IMG/VR virus record: IMGVR_UViG_3300029060_000343
From: a virus
Direction: 5' to 3' (one strand)
DNA: 64,000 bases
Part shown: positions 54,040 to 63,415 of the stretch, in pieces
How positions within the stretch are numbered: the first letter of the stretch is position 1
How the letters are laid out: each line of letters begins with the position of its first letter
The notes under the pieces: model-generated
Databases searched by the model: none
Told to the model about the DNA's origin: nothing
What the model saw: only the letters and a program-made list of their open reading frames with translations
Translations under genes and position numbers: made by a program

Positions 54040-55092
54040 CTAATTAATAACTTTATGGACAACAGCTGCCTGACATTCCGTTCCCGATACATATACCGGT
54101 GGAATCCAGTGCAGGATCAGTTTTCTTTCACCGTTCCTCGATCCGGTCCAGTAATGATGCCAGTGTGCCCTCCTTGTGTGTGCCGGTAAAGAACGTTTTA
54201 CACAAATGTTCAGTTCGGATGTTTGCCCTTTACAATTATCTGAAGATTTCTTTTGTTTCTTCTGCGAACGAATTTCTGATCCGTACCGATAACCACATTC
54301 CCATTGACGGATTTCAGAAAACCTATTTTTGATACGTCCACTGGGATGATATGTATTTTTCGTAACTGAAGATTCCTGTATCTCTGCATTGTCTGCGCAC
54401 AGATATAATAAAGCATTCAACATATAGAAACAGAATTCCGTCCAATCCACGTTTCGGTCTGATTCGTCGCATGAAAAATCATTTTTGTCGAAAATGAAAA
54501 TTCCATCTTCATTATCGTTTGGAACCAGTGCGGCTTTGCCAAACATAACCCTGCCATCTTCCTTTACGCGTTCCGTGTACAAAAGATATCCATTTTCTTT
54601 CCTGATTATATTTATGAATGCTCCGTGGAAATTTTTCCGGAAAATGCCATCCTCAGAAAATTCCAGATAAAATGTCTGATACGGCAGCCGGTCCAGTATT
54701 CTTACAGGTAATTTGATTTCTTCCGAATCTGCCAAAGCAAGCTCAAGTTCCGAATCAAACTTATATACCTGTTTATTTGCGGCCCATTTATTCGGCATTA
54801 GATACGAAGAAAATAATTCTGCGGCTAACGCTCTGTCTTCTTCTGGATCTTCTGGTATCTCGCCATTTCCAGTCATCATTTTGTACATTTGAGAACGGCC
54901 TGATAATAAAATATCATTGATGTATTTGAATTTTCCGTTATAAGACGGATTCATGAAATCAGTGTCGTACCAGATAAACAAAAGGACATCGTCGATATTT
55001 AAAAGTGTCTGTTTGATCGCCCTGGTCCATTTATTATTATAAGGATGACTGTTTAAATCCATTATTTTTGCAAAATATAATGGTGTATACAT
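54040..55092 (-). CDS. hypothetical protein (350 aa)
   Basis: ORF track. Confidence 0.5.
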   Translation of the reverse strand: MYTPLYFAKIMDLNSHPYNNKWTRAIKQTLLNIDDVLLFIWYDTDFMNPSYNGKFKYINDILLSGRSQMYKMMTGNGEIPEDPEEDRALAAELFSSYLMPNKWAANKQVYKFDSELELALADSEEIKLPVRILDRLPYQTFYLEFSEDGIFRKNFHGAFINIIRKENGYLLYTERVKEDGRVMFGKAALVPNDNEDGIFIFDKNDFSCDESDRNVDWTEFCFYMLNALLYLCADNAEIQESSVTKNTYHPSGRIKNRFSEIRQWECGYRYGSEIRSQKKQKKSSDNCKGQTSELNICVKRSLPAHTRRAHWHHYWTGSRNGERKLILHWIPPVYVSGTECQAAVVHKVIN

Positions 55093-55105
55093 TTGTTCTC
55101 CTTAT

Positions 55106-55525
55106 CTATATTTCTCTGCTGTTTTTGAAAGCCTGCAATAGCGCTTCGGCAATTTCTTTTTCATACAAACCACAGCAACCAGTGCAATCAATGTCGGCAA
55201 GTACACGTTTAAAGAAATCCTCGAACTTGTTATTCAGATAATCCGCTGCGATAATTTCTGATAATTCCAGAACAATCTTTGGGTTTTTCTTTTCTTCAGT
55301 ATAACCGGGGATTTTTAAATCCTGATCGATCCAGTATAACTTTTCGACATTGATCCGGATCCGCCGTTTTTCTCCGTCTCCGAAGATAATTACGTCTACC
55401 AATGGACTATTCGGTGACGGTATTTCTGCAATAACGCCAAATGTCTCTATATAAAAACGATCCGGTTCTTCTCCATAACCCTGTACAAAACACTTGATTC
55501 CTTTTTTCGCTTCTGTGATATGCAT
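55106..55525 (-). CDS. hypothetical protein (139 aa)
   Basis: ORF track. Confidence 0.5.
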   Translation of the reverse strand: MHITEAKKGIKCFVQGYGEEPDRFYIETFGVIAEIPSPNSPLVDVIIFGDGEKRRIRINVEKLYWIDQDLKIPGYTEEKKNPKIVLELSEIIAADYLNNKFEDFFKRVLADIDCTGCCGLYEKEIAEALLQAFKNSREI

Positions 55526-55534
55526 ATTTTTCTC

Positions 55535-55849
55535 CTATTCTTCCAAATATTTACGGATTGCTGCTTCCGCTCTCTTCTGAAAACGTTTATAATCCGTGGC
55601 TGTTACGATAGACTTAAGATCTGTCAGCCAGAGATTGTGATACCAATCGTCATCGGATTCATATAGGTTTATGGAAATCCCCCTTCTTCCATAATCTCTT
55701 ATAGTCTCCCACTGTACATCGGCAATATATCGACCTGCGTCTGTATCAATCAAAATATATCCATAAATATCCAATGTCCGATCAGTGTTCAGTCGCATCA
55801 GATCCTTTGGTGCGAATCTATGCCAGTCGAATTTAATGTCTCTTTGCAT
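55535..55849 (-). CDS. hypothetical protein (104 aa)
   Basis: ORF track; motif at 55883-55899. Confidence 0.5.
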   Translation of the reverse strand: MQRDIKFDWHRFAPKDLMRLNTDRTLDIYGYILIDTDAGRYIADVQWETIRDYGRRGISINLYESDDDWYHNLWLTDLKSIVTATDYKRFQKRAEAAIRKYLEE

Positions 55850-55963
55850 TTTTTCTTTCCTCCATTTCTCTATTTGATGATATTAATATGAAAGAAAATA
55901 AGATCCCGAGTTTGGAATCCTATACCAGACTTTTCTATGGCTTTTCCGCAACTTTTCTTCTGA

Positions 55964-56158
55964 TTATACCTGCGGTAAAACAGCCACAAATACGACAATT
56001 GCGGTGAGAAACACAAATAAAAGGAACGGAAGAAAATTAACGAAACGATATACGACTACGGTATAGTTTTGCTCGCGAGAATATCCGGTAAAAGCATCCA
56101 CCGACGCTATCGATATTCCAGCGCTTATGAAAATAATTGGAAAATACACAGTCAACAT
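55964..56158 (-). CDS. small membrane protein (64 aa, two TM)
   Basis: ORF track; hydrophobic. Confidence 0.4.
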   Translation of the reverse strand: MLTVYFPIIFISAGISIASVDAFTGYSREQNYTVVVYRFVNFLPFLLFVFLTAIVVFVAVLPQV

Positions 56159-56172
56159 AATTTCCCTCTTTT

Positions 56173-56607
56173 CTAATCCATTTTTCTCATATAATCCTGA
56201 TTCGGACTCTGATATATTATGACCTGATTTTCGTTTGCGTAGACCATTCCCAGTTCGGTAATTGCACGGCGCTTGATTTCTTCGAGATTTATACTGCTCT
56301 CCAAACGTTCTATTTCCTCGTCATTGCTTCTTTTTATGGTATTTAATTCTTTTTCCAACTGGGATATTTCGCTGATTTTTGCAGTGAGTTCCGCCTGCGA
56401 CTGGATGTAATTTATAAGTACCATGGCGCATAAAAATAAAGCAGCTACAAGAAATAAAACATACCCGATGTTCATATGTTTTGCTTTTTCCCGGTTATGT
56501 CTCGTTTCATTTGATAAAATCCGTGGTTTTGAATTCATTTCGCGAATCAATTCATCAGCGGTTGCTGTGTAAACATATCTCTGCTGTATTCGTCTGTGTT
56601 CTGTCAT
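56173..56607 (-). CDS. DivIC/FtsB/FtsL-like septum-formation-initiator-type protein (TM plus coiled coil)
   Basis: Single TM segment (LFLVAALFLCAMVLI) followed by a leucine-zipper-like coiled coil (ELTAKISEISQLEKELNTIKRSNDEEIERLES); start at the ATG after the AGAGGGAAT RBS. Confidence 0.5.
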   Translation of the reverse strand: MTEHRRIQQRYVYTATADELIREMNSKPRILSNETRHNREKAKHMNIGYVLFLVAALFLCAMVLINYIQSQAELTAKISEISQLEKELNTIKRSNDEEIERLESSINLEEIKRRAITELGMVYANENQVIIYQSPNQDYMRKMD

Positions 56608-56727
56608 ATTCCCTCTGATGTATAAATAATACGTGTTATTTATAATTATTATGACAGAAAAGCAAAAAGAAACTCGCATAATTGCGAGTTCCCTAATTTT
56701 GGTGTCTGTAATTCTCTTATCGTACTA

Positions 56728-56928
56728 TTAATCATACTCAATCATATTGCTGATTTCAACGCTAATTTTATCAATTTCGTTCTGATAGAATTCTTTTTCT
56801 TTTTTGGATTTTGCAGACTTATACATATCTTCCGCAACTTTTCTTTGCATACACAAAGCATCAATTTTTGTCATCTTTTTCTCCTTGCCTGGTGTTTTTA
56901 TTAAATGTAAATAATTCATATAATTCAC
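56728..56928 (-). CDS. hypothetical small protein (66 aa)
   Basis: ORF track. Confidence 0.4.
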   Translation of the reverse strand: MNYMNYLHLIKTPGKEKKMTKIDALCMQRKVAEDMYKSAKSKKEKEFYQNEIDKISVEISNMIEYD

Positions 56929-57124
56929 ATAAGACTAAAACTGTGACACAGACTACATATATCATCCCGAATATTGGATTATGTTGAATTATTGTTAAAT
57001 AATTGCTCTTTTGTATCGGTGAACCCAATGAAATTTTTTCGTATGATATTGTATTTCTGAATATCACAAGACTCACCGTGTTTACGAGAATTCCGATAAC
57101 AGATAAATATTTGCATATAATCAT
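56861..57124 (-). CDS. small membrane protein (87 aa)
   Basis: ORF track; two hydrophobic helices; overlaps the previous ORF, so one of the two may be mis-started. Confidence 0.35.
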   Translation of the reverse strand: MIICKYLSVIGILVNTVSLVIFRNTISYEKISLGSPIQKSNYLTIIQHNPIFGMIYVVCVTVLVLCELYELFTFNKNTRQGEKDDKN

Positions 57125-57168
57125 GTAAAAACCTCCTAAATTACTGTTGTAAACTTCGATTTTCTTCG

Positions 57169-58221
57169 CTATAATCGCAGCGTTGTTCCTGTTGTTTTCT
57201 CGAACAAATTATAAATATCTCTCTTCTCGAATTTGAATCCGCCGGCTCCCTTATGTCCGCCGCCTCCGAACAGTTTGACAATTTCTGCCACATTGATATC
57301 TTCCTTGTCGCTGCGGATAGAGACCCCGTTTCCGTAATTAACAATGAACAGATCAAGCTGCGGATACGTATCGCGCATGTAATCCAGAACATCGAATATA
57401 TATTTGGAATCATCAATGTAGGCAATATCGTATGTTCTTGTATAGTCATCTTCCATCGGAATATCCAGTGTCCCGAATTTGATCTGATTCTTAATGTTTT
57501 CAACATGCTCTTTTCTTTTTGCTTTCTCTGCTTTGAGCATAATTCTATCGGTATCGGAGCCATAATAAATTGGAGGCAATCCGATTTTTGATAATCTTCT
57601 GCGAACATACAGATTATTCCCATAAGCGGCAAACAGGAGATTTTCATCCTTAAATTTATAGTTTCCTTCAAAACAGGTTTTCCAATCCCTTGTATCGTAA
57701 GCGGAAATCCATAGACATATATTTTCTGTAGTAATACAACTTGCATCAGGAAGAAAATTAATACCACAATAATACATGTAATCTAATATAAGAGAGGTTC
57801 CTGAAGAATGCCCGTTTGAATAATAATTGACCAGGAAAGAATCTTCTAACATATTCCCGAAACTTACGCCCCAGGAATATCTGTTGATATACTGGCTTGT
57901 CAGATGATGGTCCAGCAAAACGAACCGGCTGTTAATATCAGGCAGGCTATCGATATATTCAGCATCCGCCTCATTGCAGGAAATATCGCAGGCAATAACT
58001 TTACCGAAGCTTTCAGCGATAGCCGCATCGGTTAAAGCTTCCTTGACTCGTCCACTCATCACCCCGTTACTAAGATGTACAACCTTAATATTTTTATCCG
58101 GAAACATGCATCTCAAAACGATTTCTGCTCCAGCTCCATCGGCGTCATCATGTGTCAGTAACAAAATGCGGTCGTCTTTATTAACTTTTGCAAGTTTTCC
58201 AAATAATTCGTTTCTAAACAT
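57169..58221 (-). CDS. DHH/DHHA1 family phosphoesterase (NrnA-like)
   Basis: LLTHDDADGAGAEIVL (DHH motif region) and C-terminal GGGHKGAGG (DHHA1 GGGH motif). Confidence 0.6.
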   Translation of the reverse strand: MFRNELFGKLAKVNKDDRILLLTHDDADGAGAEIVLRCMFPDKNIKVVHLSNGVMSGRVKEALTDAAIAESFGKVIACDISCNEADAEYIDSLPDINSRFVLLDHHLTSQYINRYSWGVSFGNMLEDSFLVNYYSNGHSSGTSLILDYMYYCGINFLPDASCITTENICLWISAYDTRDWKTCFEGNYKFKDENLLFAAYGNNLYVRRRLSKIGLPPIYYGSDTDRIMLKAEKAKRKEHVENIKNQIKFGTLDIPMEDDYTRTYDIAYIDDSKYIFDVLDYMRDTYPQLDLFIVNYGNGVSIRSDKEDINVAEIVKLFGGGGHKGAGGFKFEKRDIYNLFEKTTGTTLRL

Positions 58222-58324
58222 AATTTTCTCCTTCTTTCTTTGTTTTTATTAATATGAAAGATTTATGTCCATAAAAGAAAACTTCCAGCCGAAGCCGGAA
58301 GTTATATATTTTATTGTTTCCGGC

Positions 58325-58504
58325 TTATAAACCGAAAATTTTATCAACTTTTACCAGTCCTGCGTTTGCTACAGCCCATGCCATTACAACATAGATCATT
58401 GCGACATTTTTGCCGCAATACGTGTTAAGAAATGCTATAATTAACACGCTGATAACAAAACTTGCAACCATAATGAAAATTAAAGAAATATTTTTCTGCA
58501 TATT
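58325..58504 (-). CDS. small membrane protein (start revised to MQKNISLIF...)
   Basis: AGGAGGAATCAAAT-ATG RBS; two TM segments. Confidence 0.4.
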   Translation of the reverse strand, partial: NMQKNISLIFIMVASFVISVLIIAFLNTYCGKNVAMIYVVMAWAVANAGLVKVDKIFGL

Positions 58505-58741
58505 TGATTCCTCCTGTTTTAAGGAGCTCCCTGTTGCTCCAATTATCTTTGATAACATTAATATGCAGGAAAATATATTTCTAATTCCAAAGCTATCCGA
58601 AATACTTCAGCACCTTGCAACCCTCTTTTGAAAAACTGATATAAGCGTATCTGCAGAATCCAATGGAAGGAACATTTGCGACATTTTCTATCATATTCTC
58701 GTGCAAATGGCCATGAAAATGGTACACAGGCTGTCTGTTCA

Positions 58742-58975
58742 GTAGATACCATCTGACAGCTCTGCACAGTCTAAAGACTGGCAGGTTCCTGGTATATAGC
58801 AGCATCACTTAACGATTCTTACAACGGATCCGGTTTCTGATTTTTATGGTCAGGAAGCGGATCTTTTTTATGCAAAACAGTGTTTGTTATAGCTGCCGTA
58901 CCTAAATGGAATTTCGCTGCAAACGCTCCGATGAGCGCTTAACGCAGCCGGATCCTGTCGAACCCGTTTGTATGA
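58742..58975 (-). ncRNA. putative omega-RNA scaffold region 3' of the tnpB-like gene
   Basis: By position; an ~85%-identical solo copy of this segment sits at 32826-33012. Confidence 0.25.
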
Positions 58976-60442
58976 TTAACAGTGACATTTATGGTATTCG
59001 TAACTTCGCAATCCGAAGCTAGAAGGATATTTCTTATTCTCTGCAAGGAGCGCGTTCATGCAGGCATCATGTGTTATCAGGAACATGGGGAAGGTGTCGA
59101 TACATTTCTGTCTGTCGGCGGCCGTGCCGGTGTCGTTACTGTTCTTTAGCAGGAACGCCGAATACAGATCTCTCTGTATGTAGTGGCCGCCAACGAAACT
59201 TCCCCGGCAAGAAAGCTTCTTTCGGACGTAGTCATCCGTTACATGGTTGTACTGACTGGCGCGGAAGTTTACGGTATCGATCTTAATTAACTCCCCGCCG
59301 CCGGAAGCGAGCCGGCTTTCCAGAATCTTTAGGAACGCTGCCGGTGCGTGGTTGCCTATGGATTTTCCGAACCGCTTCCTGCTCCGGAACCGGCCATCGG
59401 CTTTCTTCGTGGCAGACTTCGATCTCCGTGCAAGACCATGGAAAAACATCTTTTCCACGTACGCGGTATCTGCCTTCGAGGCAATTTCATTCGCAAGCCG
59501 GTGGTGGCCGGTATTTATCGCATCGGCATGCCGGCGTTCCATGGACTTCTTGCGGAACTGAAGCTTCCTGTAGTGCTTCGAACGAATCCACTTCCTTGCA
59601 CCCTTGCGGACAGTGCCGTCCGGCAGATAATTATCCGGATTCGTGATGCGTCTGCTCCGGTCCATGGCTCTCTGAGTCCGCCTGATTTGCGCAGAATGAT
59701 CTTTTGCATCGGAACTGAGTACCGTCAGTTTACAGGAATCCTTGGTCACGATAGCCGCGGTAGAGATCCCGATATCCAGTCCGGCGGTTCCATGACAGAC
59801 CGGATGCTTTACCGGGGGCTTTCCTTCCAGAACCAGCTGCAAGTAGTAGTGGTATTTCGTACCCACGGGCTTCCTCTGGATACGGCAGTACTTTACACGG
59901 GATTTCAGAGCTTTCCGGTCATAATCCGTCCGGATCTGCGGCTGGATCACCTGCCCGCGCCAATAAAGCCGGCCGTCTTTGAACCGCATGCCGGAAGTAT
60001 TTTTCTTACCTTCCATGCTTTCGAATTCATCGTATTTCCTGAAATGAATACATTTCCCGTTATCAAACAGATACTTCTCCACGGACCGCCATACGGAAGA
60101 AGCGATCTTCTGGGCTACATCAGAGTCAATGGATTTCTTGTATCTGTGCTGCTGTACAGCAACATACGTATGCAGCTGGTATTCACTGAGTCCATAACCT
60201 CGGCGGATGTCAGCAAGCTCCTGATTGATGCGGTTCTTATCAACTTTCGATAGACCAGACTCCTTCCTCGCAGCCAGATGATCTCGATACTCCGGATCCT
60301 GTATTAACTTCCGGAGTTGCTTCCGGCAGTGCCGCACAAGGACGTTGTAGATCTGCTGTCCACACCAGAAAGTATGAGAAAGCCACCGGTCCTGCTCGAG
60401 AGAAGTATTCAGTTTTAATGTCAAACCGAATGATTCTGTCAT
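58976..60442 (-). CDS. tnpB: TnpB-like RuvC-fold protein (IS605/IS1341 family) with degenerate zinc finger
   Basis: RuvC-I (GLDIGIS), RuvC-II region (AYVEKMF) and RuvC-III-like (QRDLYSAFLLKN); the usual CxxC...CxxC module keeps only one Cys. Confidence 0.65.
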   Translation of the reverse strand: MTESFGLTLKLNTSLEQDRWLSHTFWCGQQIYNVLVRHCRKQLRKLIQDPEYRDHLAARKESGLSKVDKNRINQELADIRRGYGLSEYQLHTYVAVQQHRYKKSIDSDVAQKIASSVWRSVEKYLFDNGKCIHFRKYDEFESMEGKKNTSGMRFKDGRLYWRGQVIQPQIRTDYDRKALKSRVKYCRIQRKPVGTKYHYYLQLVLEGKPPVKHPVCHGTAGLDIGISTAAIVTKDSCKLTVLSSDAKDHSAQIRRTQRAMDRSRRITNPDNYLPDGTVRKGARKWIRSKHYRKLQFRKKSMERRHADAINTGHHRLANEIASKADTAYVEKMFFHGLARRSKSATKKADGRFRSRKRFGKSIGNHAPAAFLKILESRLASGGGELIKIDTVNFRASQYNHVTDDYVRKKLSCRGSFVGGHYIQRDLYSAFLLKNSNDTGTAADRQKCIDTFPMFLITHDACMNALLAENKKYPSSFGLRSYEYHKCHC

Positions 60443-60457
60443 AAATACTCCTTATAT

Positions 60458-60475
60458 AGTTATTATGACAGAATT
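60458..60475 (-). promoter_or_regulatory. conserved intergenic motif copy (AGTTATTATGACAGAATT) directly upstream of the tnpB-like gene, followed by a TTTCTGCACAGAAA box
   Basis: Lies inside the inferred IS left end. Confidence 0.45.
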
Positions 60476-60726
60476 TGAGTTCCCTGCAGATTTCTGCACA
60501 GAAAGACGCATTCCTCCTCACGGTCTGAAGACAGGAGGCTTCCTGCTATGGTATTTGTGAATGAGTGTCCGTTATGAATAGCGCACGAAATTGCCCGGTA
60601 CATCCCGGAATCTCCCGTTTACGAACCTCAAAACGCTTTTCTTCCTCGGAAAACATGACTTTTTTCGCTGTATCATTATGCATGATTTTTCTTCTTAACA
60701 ATCTGTCCAAAAACATAATTTCTCTC

Positions 60727-62412
60727 CTATATTATAAATACGCCGACTACTTCATTCAACCGGTCTACGATAGCTTTTACGTCCTTGATCTGCTCATCGA
60801 TTGCTGCGATCTGTCCTGTCATCTCATTAATCGTAGCTGAGGTCTCCTCCGTGGATGCAGCATTCTCTTCGGATATCGCAGATAAGGATTCTGCACTTTC
60901 GATGATAGCATCTTTGCTGGAATTGATCTCTTTCACTTTTGCCGCAATTTCAGTAATCTTATCCGATACGCTGCCGATACTTTCCATAACACGTTCGAAG
61001 TCGCTATGCATATCTTTTAAGACCTGTTCTTCTTTTGCGACTGCTTCACGGATCATTCCGGCAGAAGTTGTGCTTCTTTCGGAAATCGCCAGGATATTTG
61101 CGATGATATTTTTGATCTCTGTTGCGGATCCATTGGATTGTTCTGCGAGATTTTTAATTTCCCCTGCGACAACAGCAAATCCTTTTCCTGCTTCTCCCGC
61201 TCTTGCTGCCTCAATAGATGCATTCAGGGAAAGCAGATTTGTCTGCTCGGCAATGGATGCGATAATCGTGGCTGCTTCGCTGATCTTTTGTACAGCACTA
61301 TTTGTTTCCATGACGCTGTCTGCTACTTCGTCGGAAGCTTTGTTTGTAGCTCCGTTTGCAGATAACAATTCGTCCAGCGTTTTCATGGTTGCATTTGAGA
61401 TTTCACGGATCTGTCCGGAAGCATCCATGGCATTTTCGGACAGAACATTCGCGCTCACGATAGCTTCGCCGACTGCCGCCATCTGCTCATTGATATTCTG
61501 GGCATGATTTGCCAGGTCCATGGCTCCGCTCGAGATCTCTTCGACTGCGGTATTGACACTGACGGCAGCATCATTGCAGACAGCAACCTCATGATTGACG
61601 AGTCCGGTGTCCTGAAGCAGATTTCCCGATGATTCATTTACCCGTTCTATAGTCCGGACCATATTTTGCTTAAGATCTGTTGCTGCACCGATCAGCTGAT
61701 TGGTTTCCTTCAGAATAGAATGAATCCGGACATCTGCGGTAAAATTTCCTTTTGAAAATTCTGTGATCACGTATACTATTTTTGCGAGCGGTTTGCAGAT
61801 CGCTTTTGCTGAGATCATTGCTATAACAATCCAGAACAACAGAGATGCAGCATAAACGATAATCGACTGTTTTGTGATATTATTTATGCCGCTTAATACA
61901 TCGGATTCATTTGCCGTTATGACCGCTATGTATTTCTCATTGATTCCTACATAATAAGCGGCATATTTCAGGGTGCCGTTAAAATTATATTCGATAATAT
62001 CCGGTTCCGGATGTTTGCCCGCGTTGATCTGACTGATCAATGTTTTTACCGCTTCGTTTTCTACGGATTTTCCTACTTTTTCTTTTGTCGGGTGGTACAG
62101 CATTTCAGCCGTATAACCGTCAACAATATAAAGATAGGATGAATCGACATCAGTAACGGTATAATTATTTGCTTTTGCAGATAAAAAATTATAAGAAAGA
62201 GCGTCGTCATCTCCTTCGAATAAAGCAGAATCCAGTGTGCTGCCGCATTGCTCCACAATAGAAAGCATATAATTTTTAGTCAGGCTTTTTACCTCTTTTG
62301 AAGTTGCCTTCGTGGATGCTGTCGTCACACCTAAAAGTACTGCGACAAGCGGCAGGGCTACTGCGAGCAAAAGAACCCGATACATACTGAAAATGTTCTT
62401 TTTGTGGTCCAT
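60727..62412 (-). CDS. methyl-accepting chemotaxis protein
   Basis: Highly conserved MCP signalling hairpin ([33 protein letters not shown]); N-terminal TM, periplasmic region, second TM and HAMP topology. Confidence 0.85.
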   Translation of the reverse strand: MDHKKNIFSMYRVLLLAVALPLVAVLLGVTTASTKATSKEVKSLTKNYMLSIVEQCGSTLDSALFEGDDDALSYNFLSAKANNYTVTDVDSSYLYIVDGYTAEMLYHPTKEKVGKSVENEAVKTLISQINAGKHPEPDIIEYNFNGTLKYAAYYVGINEKYIAVITANESDVLSGINNITKQSIIVYAASLLFWIVIAMISAKAICKPLAKIVYVITEFSKGNFTADVRIHSILKETNQLIGAATDLKQNMVRTIERVNESSGNLLQDTGLVNHEVAVCNDAAVSVNTAVEEISSGAMDLANHAQNINEQMAAVGEAIVSANVLSENAMDASGQIREISNATMKTLDELLSANGATNKASDEVADSVMETNSAVQKISEAATIIASIAEQTNLLSLNASIEAARAGEAGKGFAVVAGEIKNLAEQSNGSATEIKNIIANILAISERSTTSAGMIREAVAKEEQVLKDMHSDFERVMESIGSVSDKITEIAAKVKEINSSKDAIIESAESLSAISEENAASTEETSATINEMTGQIAAIDEQIKDVKAIVDRLNEVVGVFII

Positions 62413-62532
62413 AACTTACCTCCATTTAGCTGTTATTTTTTGTATTTGCTCCAGAGTATCCAAAAATTTTTTGAGTTCCGAATCTATTGTTTTTGGCGGA
62501 TCTTTAGGTATATTTTTAATTCCAAGCATACT

Positions 62533-62889
62533 TTACCCTCTTCCACATAAAAGAGCCATATCTCCTTTTATTTCCTGTGTCTGTGCAATAGTCTTTGATA
62601 CTTTTTGGCTATGCTCTTCCACCATGTATAATGACATGCAGAAAAATAACGGAAGAATATCTGTTATCTGCGATCCGGATAATTTCACTGTTATTTCTCC
62701 GGTCGTCCTGTTTTTCGTAGACATAGCCTTCAGCATATTATAAGCAGCCATCAAACTGTCCGCGGAAATGGAGAAATTGCCGGCCTTTGCGATCATTCCG
62801 CTCGACTTTTTTATCGCGTTCAGATATTCTTTGTATTCTGCCTGATTGGAAAAGGTGATGTTCACGATTGGTGAATTAGCGGCGGACAA
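62533..62889 (-). CDS. hypothetical protein (start revised to a TTG after the AAAGGAG RBS)
   Basis: The ORF-track 5' extension covers the conserved motif (62935-62951) and a terminator. Confidence 0.4.
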   Translation of the reverse strand: MSAANSPIVNITFSNQAEYKEYLNAIKKSSGMIAKAGNFSISADSLMAAYNMLKAMSTKNRTTGEITVKLSGSQITDILPLFFCMSLYMVEEHSQKVSKTIAQTQEIKGDMALLCGRG

Positions 62890-63001
62890 TTTTTTTATAT
62901 TCAATTTTTTACTCCTTTTATAATATTTTTCATATTTATTATGAAAGAATTTGGTAAAAAATAAAGAAAAGCGCTGCTTTTGCAACGCCTTTCATAATTA
63001 A

Positions 63002-63394
63002 TTAGCCTACTGCATACTGTTCTACCACAATCGCCGGCCATACAATCTGTGGTTCTACACGACGCATTTCTTCCCCATCGAATAAATATCTTCTCAGATT
63101 TCCTTTATTATCAGAAAATTCCAGATAACTTCCCCGCTGAATAAAACTACCAATCGCGGAAAGGACTTTATCCAGTGCATAAAATGTATCTTCGGGATAA
63201 CTATGGTATTTTAATTCTGCACTTGAATCCTTTTTGTCTATTACATAGAATCCAATCTCTTCCATGATCGCATCGAAATCGCAGCCTCCAAATTCCACGG
63301 CAAGTTCTTTATCTTCGAGAATAGCGTCAACGGCAGAATCTTTTTTACCTGGTTTTATTCTTAGGATTCCTTCCCTGTAAATTAAGTCGCACAT
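63002..63394 (-). CDS. hypothetical protein (130 aa)
   Basis: ORF track. Confidence 0.5.
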   Translation of the reverse strand: MCDLIYREGILRIKPGKKDSAVDAILEDKELAVEFGGCDFDAIMEEIGFYVIDKKDSSAELKYHSYPEDTFYALDKVLSAIGSFIQRGSYLEFSDNKGNLRRYLFDGEEMRRVEPQIVWPAIVVEQYAVG

Positions 63395-63415
63395 ATTTTG
63401 CTTTCTCCTTTGGTT

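Larger units (their letters stand above)
58742..60552 (-). mobile_element. IS605/IS1341-family tnpB-only element, boundaries approximate
   Basis: tnpB-like 58976..60442. Left-end (60480-60550) and right-end (58742-58790) subterminal sequences are similar in direct orientation (CTCTGCACAG + TCTGAAGACAGGAGGCTTCCTGCTATGGTAT vs TCTAAAGACTGGCAGGTTCCTGGTATATAGC). Confidence 0.5.

Noticed and set aside
58593-58808. 71-aa minus-strand ORF over the IS right end
   Set aside because: It overlaps the conserved noncoding IS right end / putative omega-RNA region and its solo duplicate, and has no RBS.
2193-62951. Reading the conserved ATTAATATGAAAGAAAA element as a plus-strand start codon (MKEK…) of short genes
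   Set aside because: There is no RBS in front. The downstream 'proteins' are just translations of terminator hairpins (e.g. MKEKASRKISGRL). Variation among copies is not third-position biased. The element is co-oriented with minus-strand genes.
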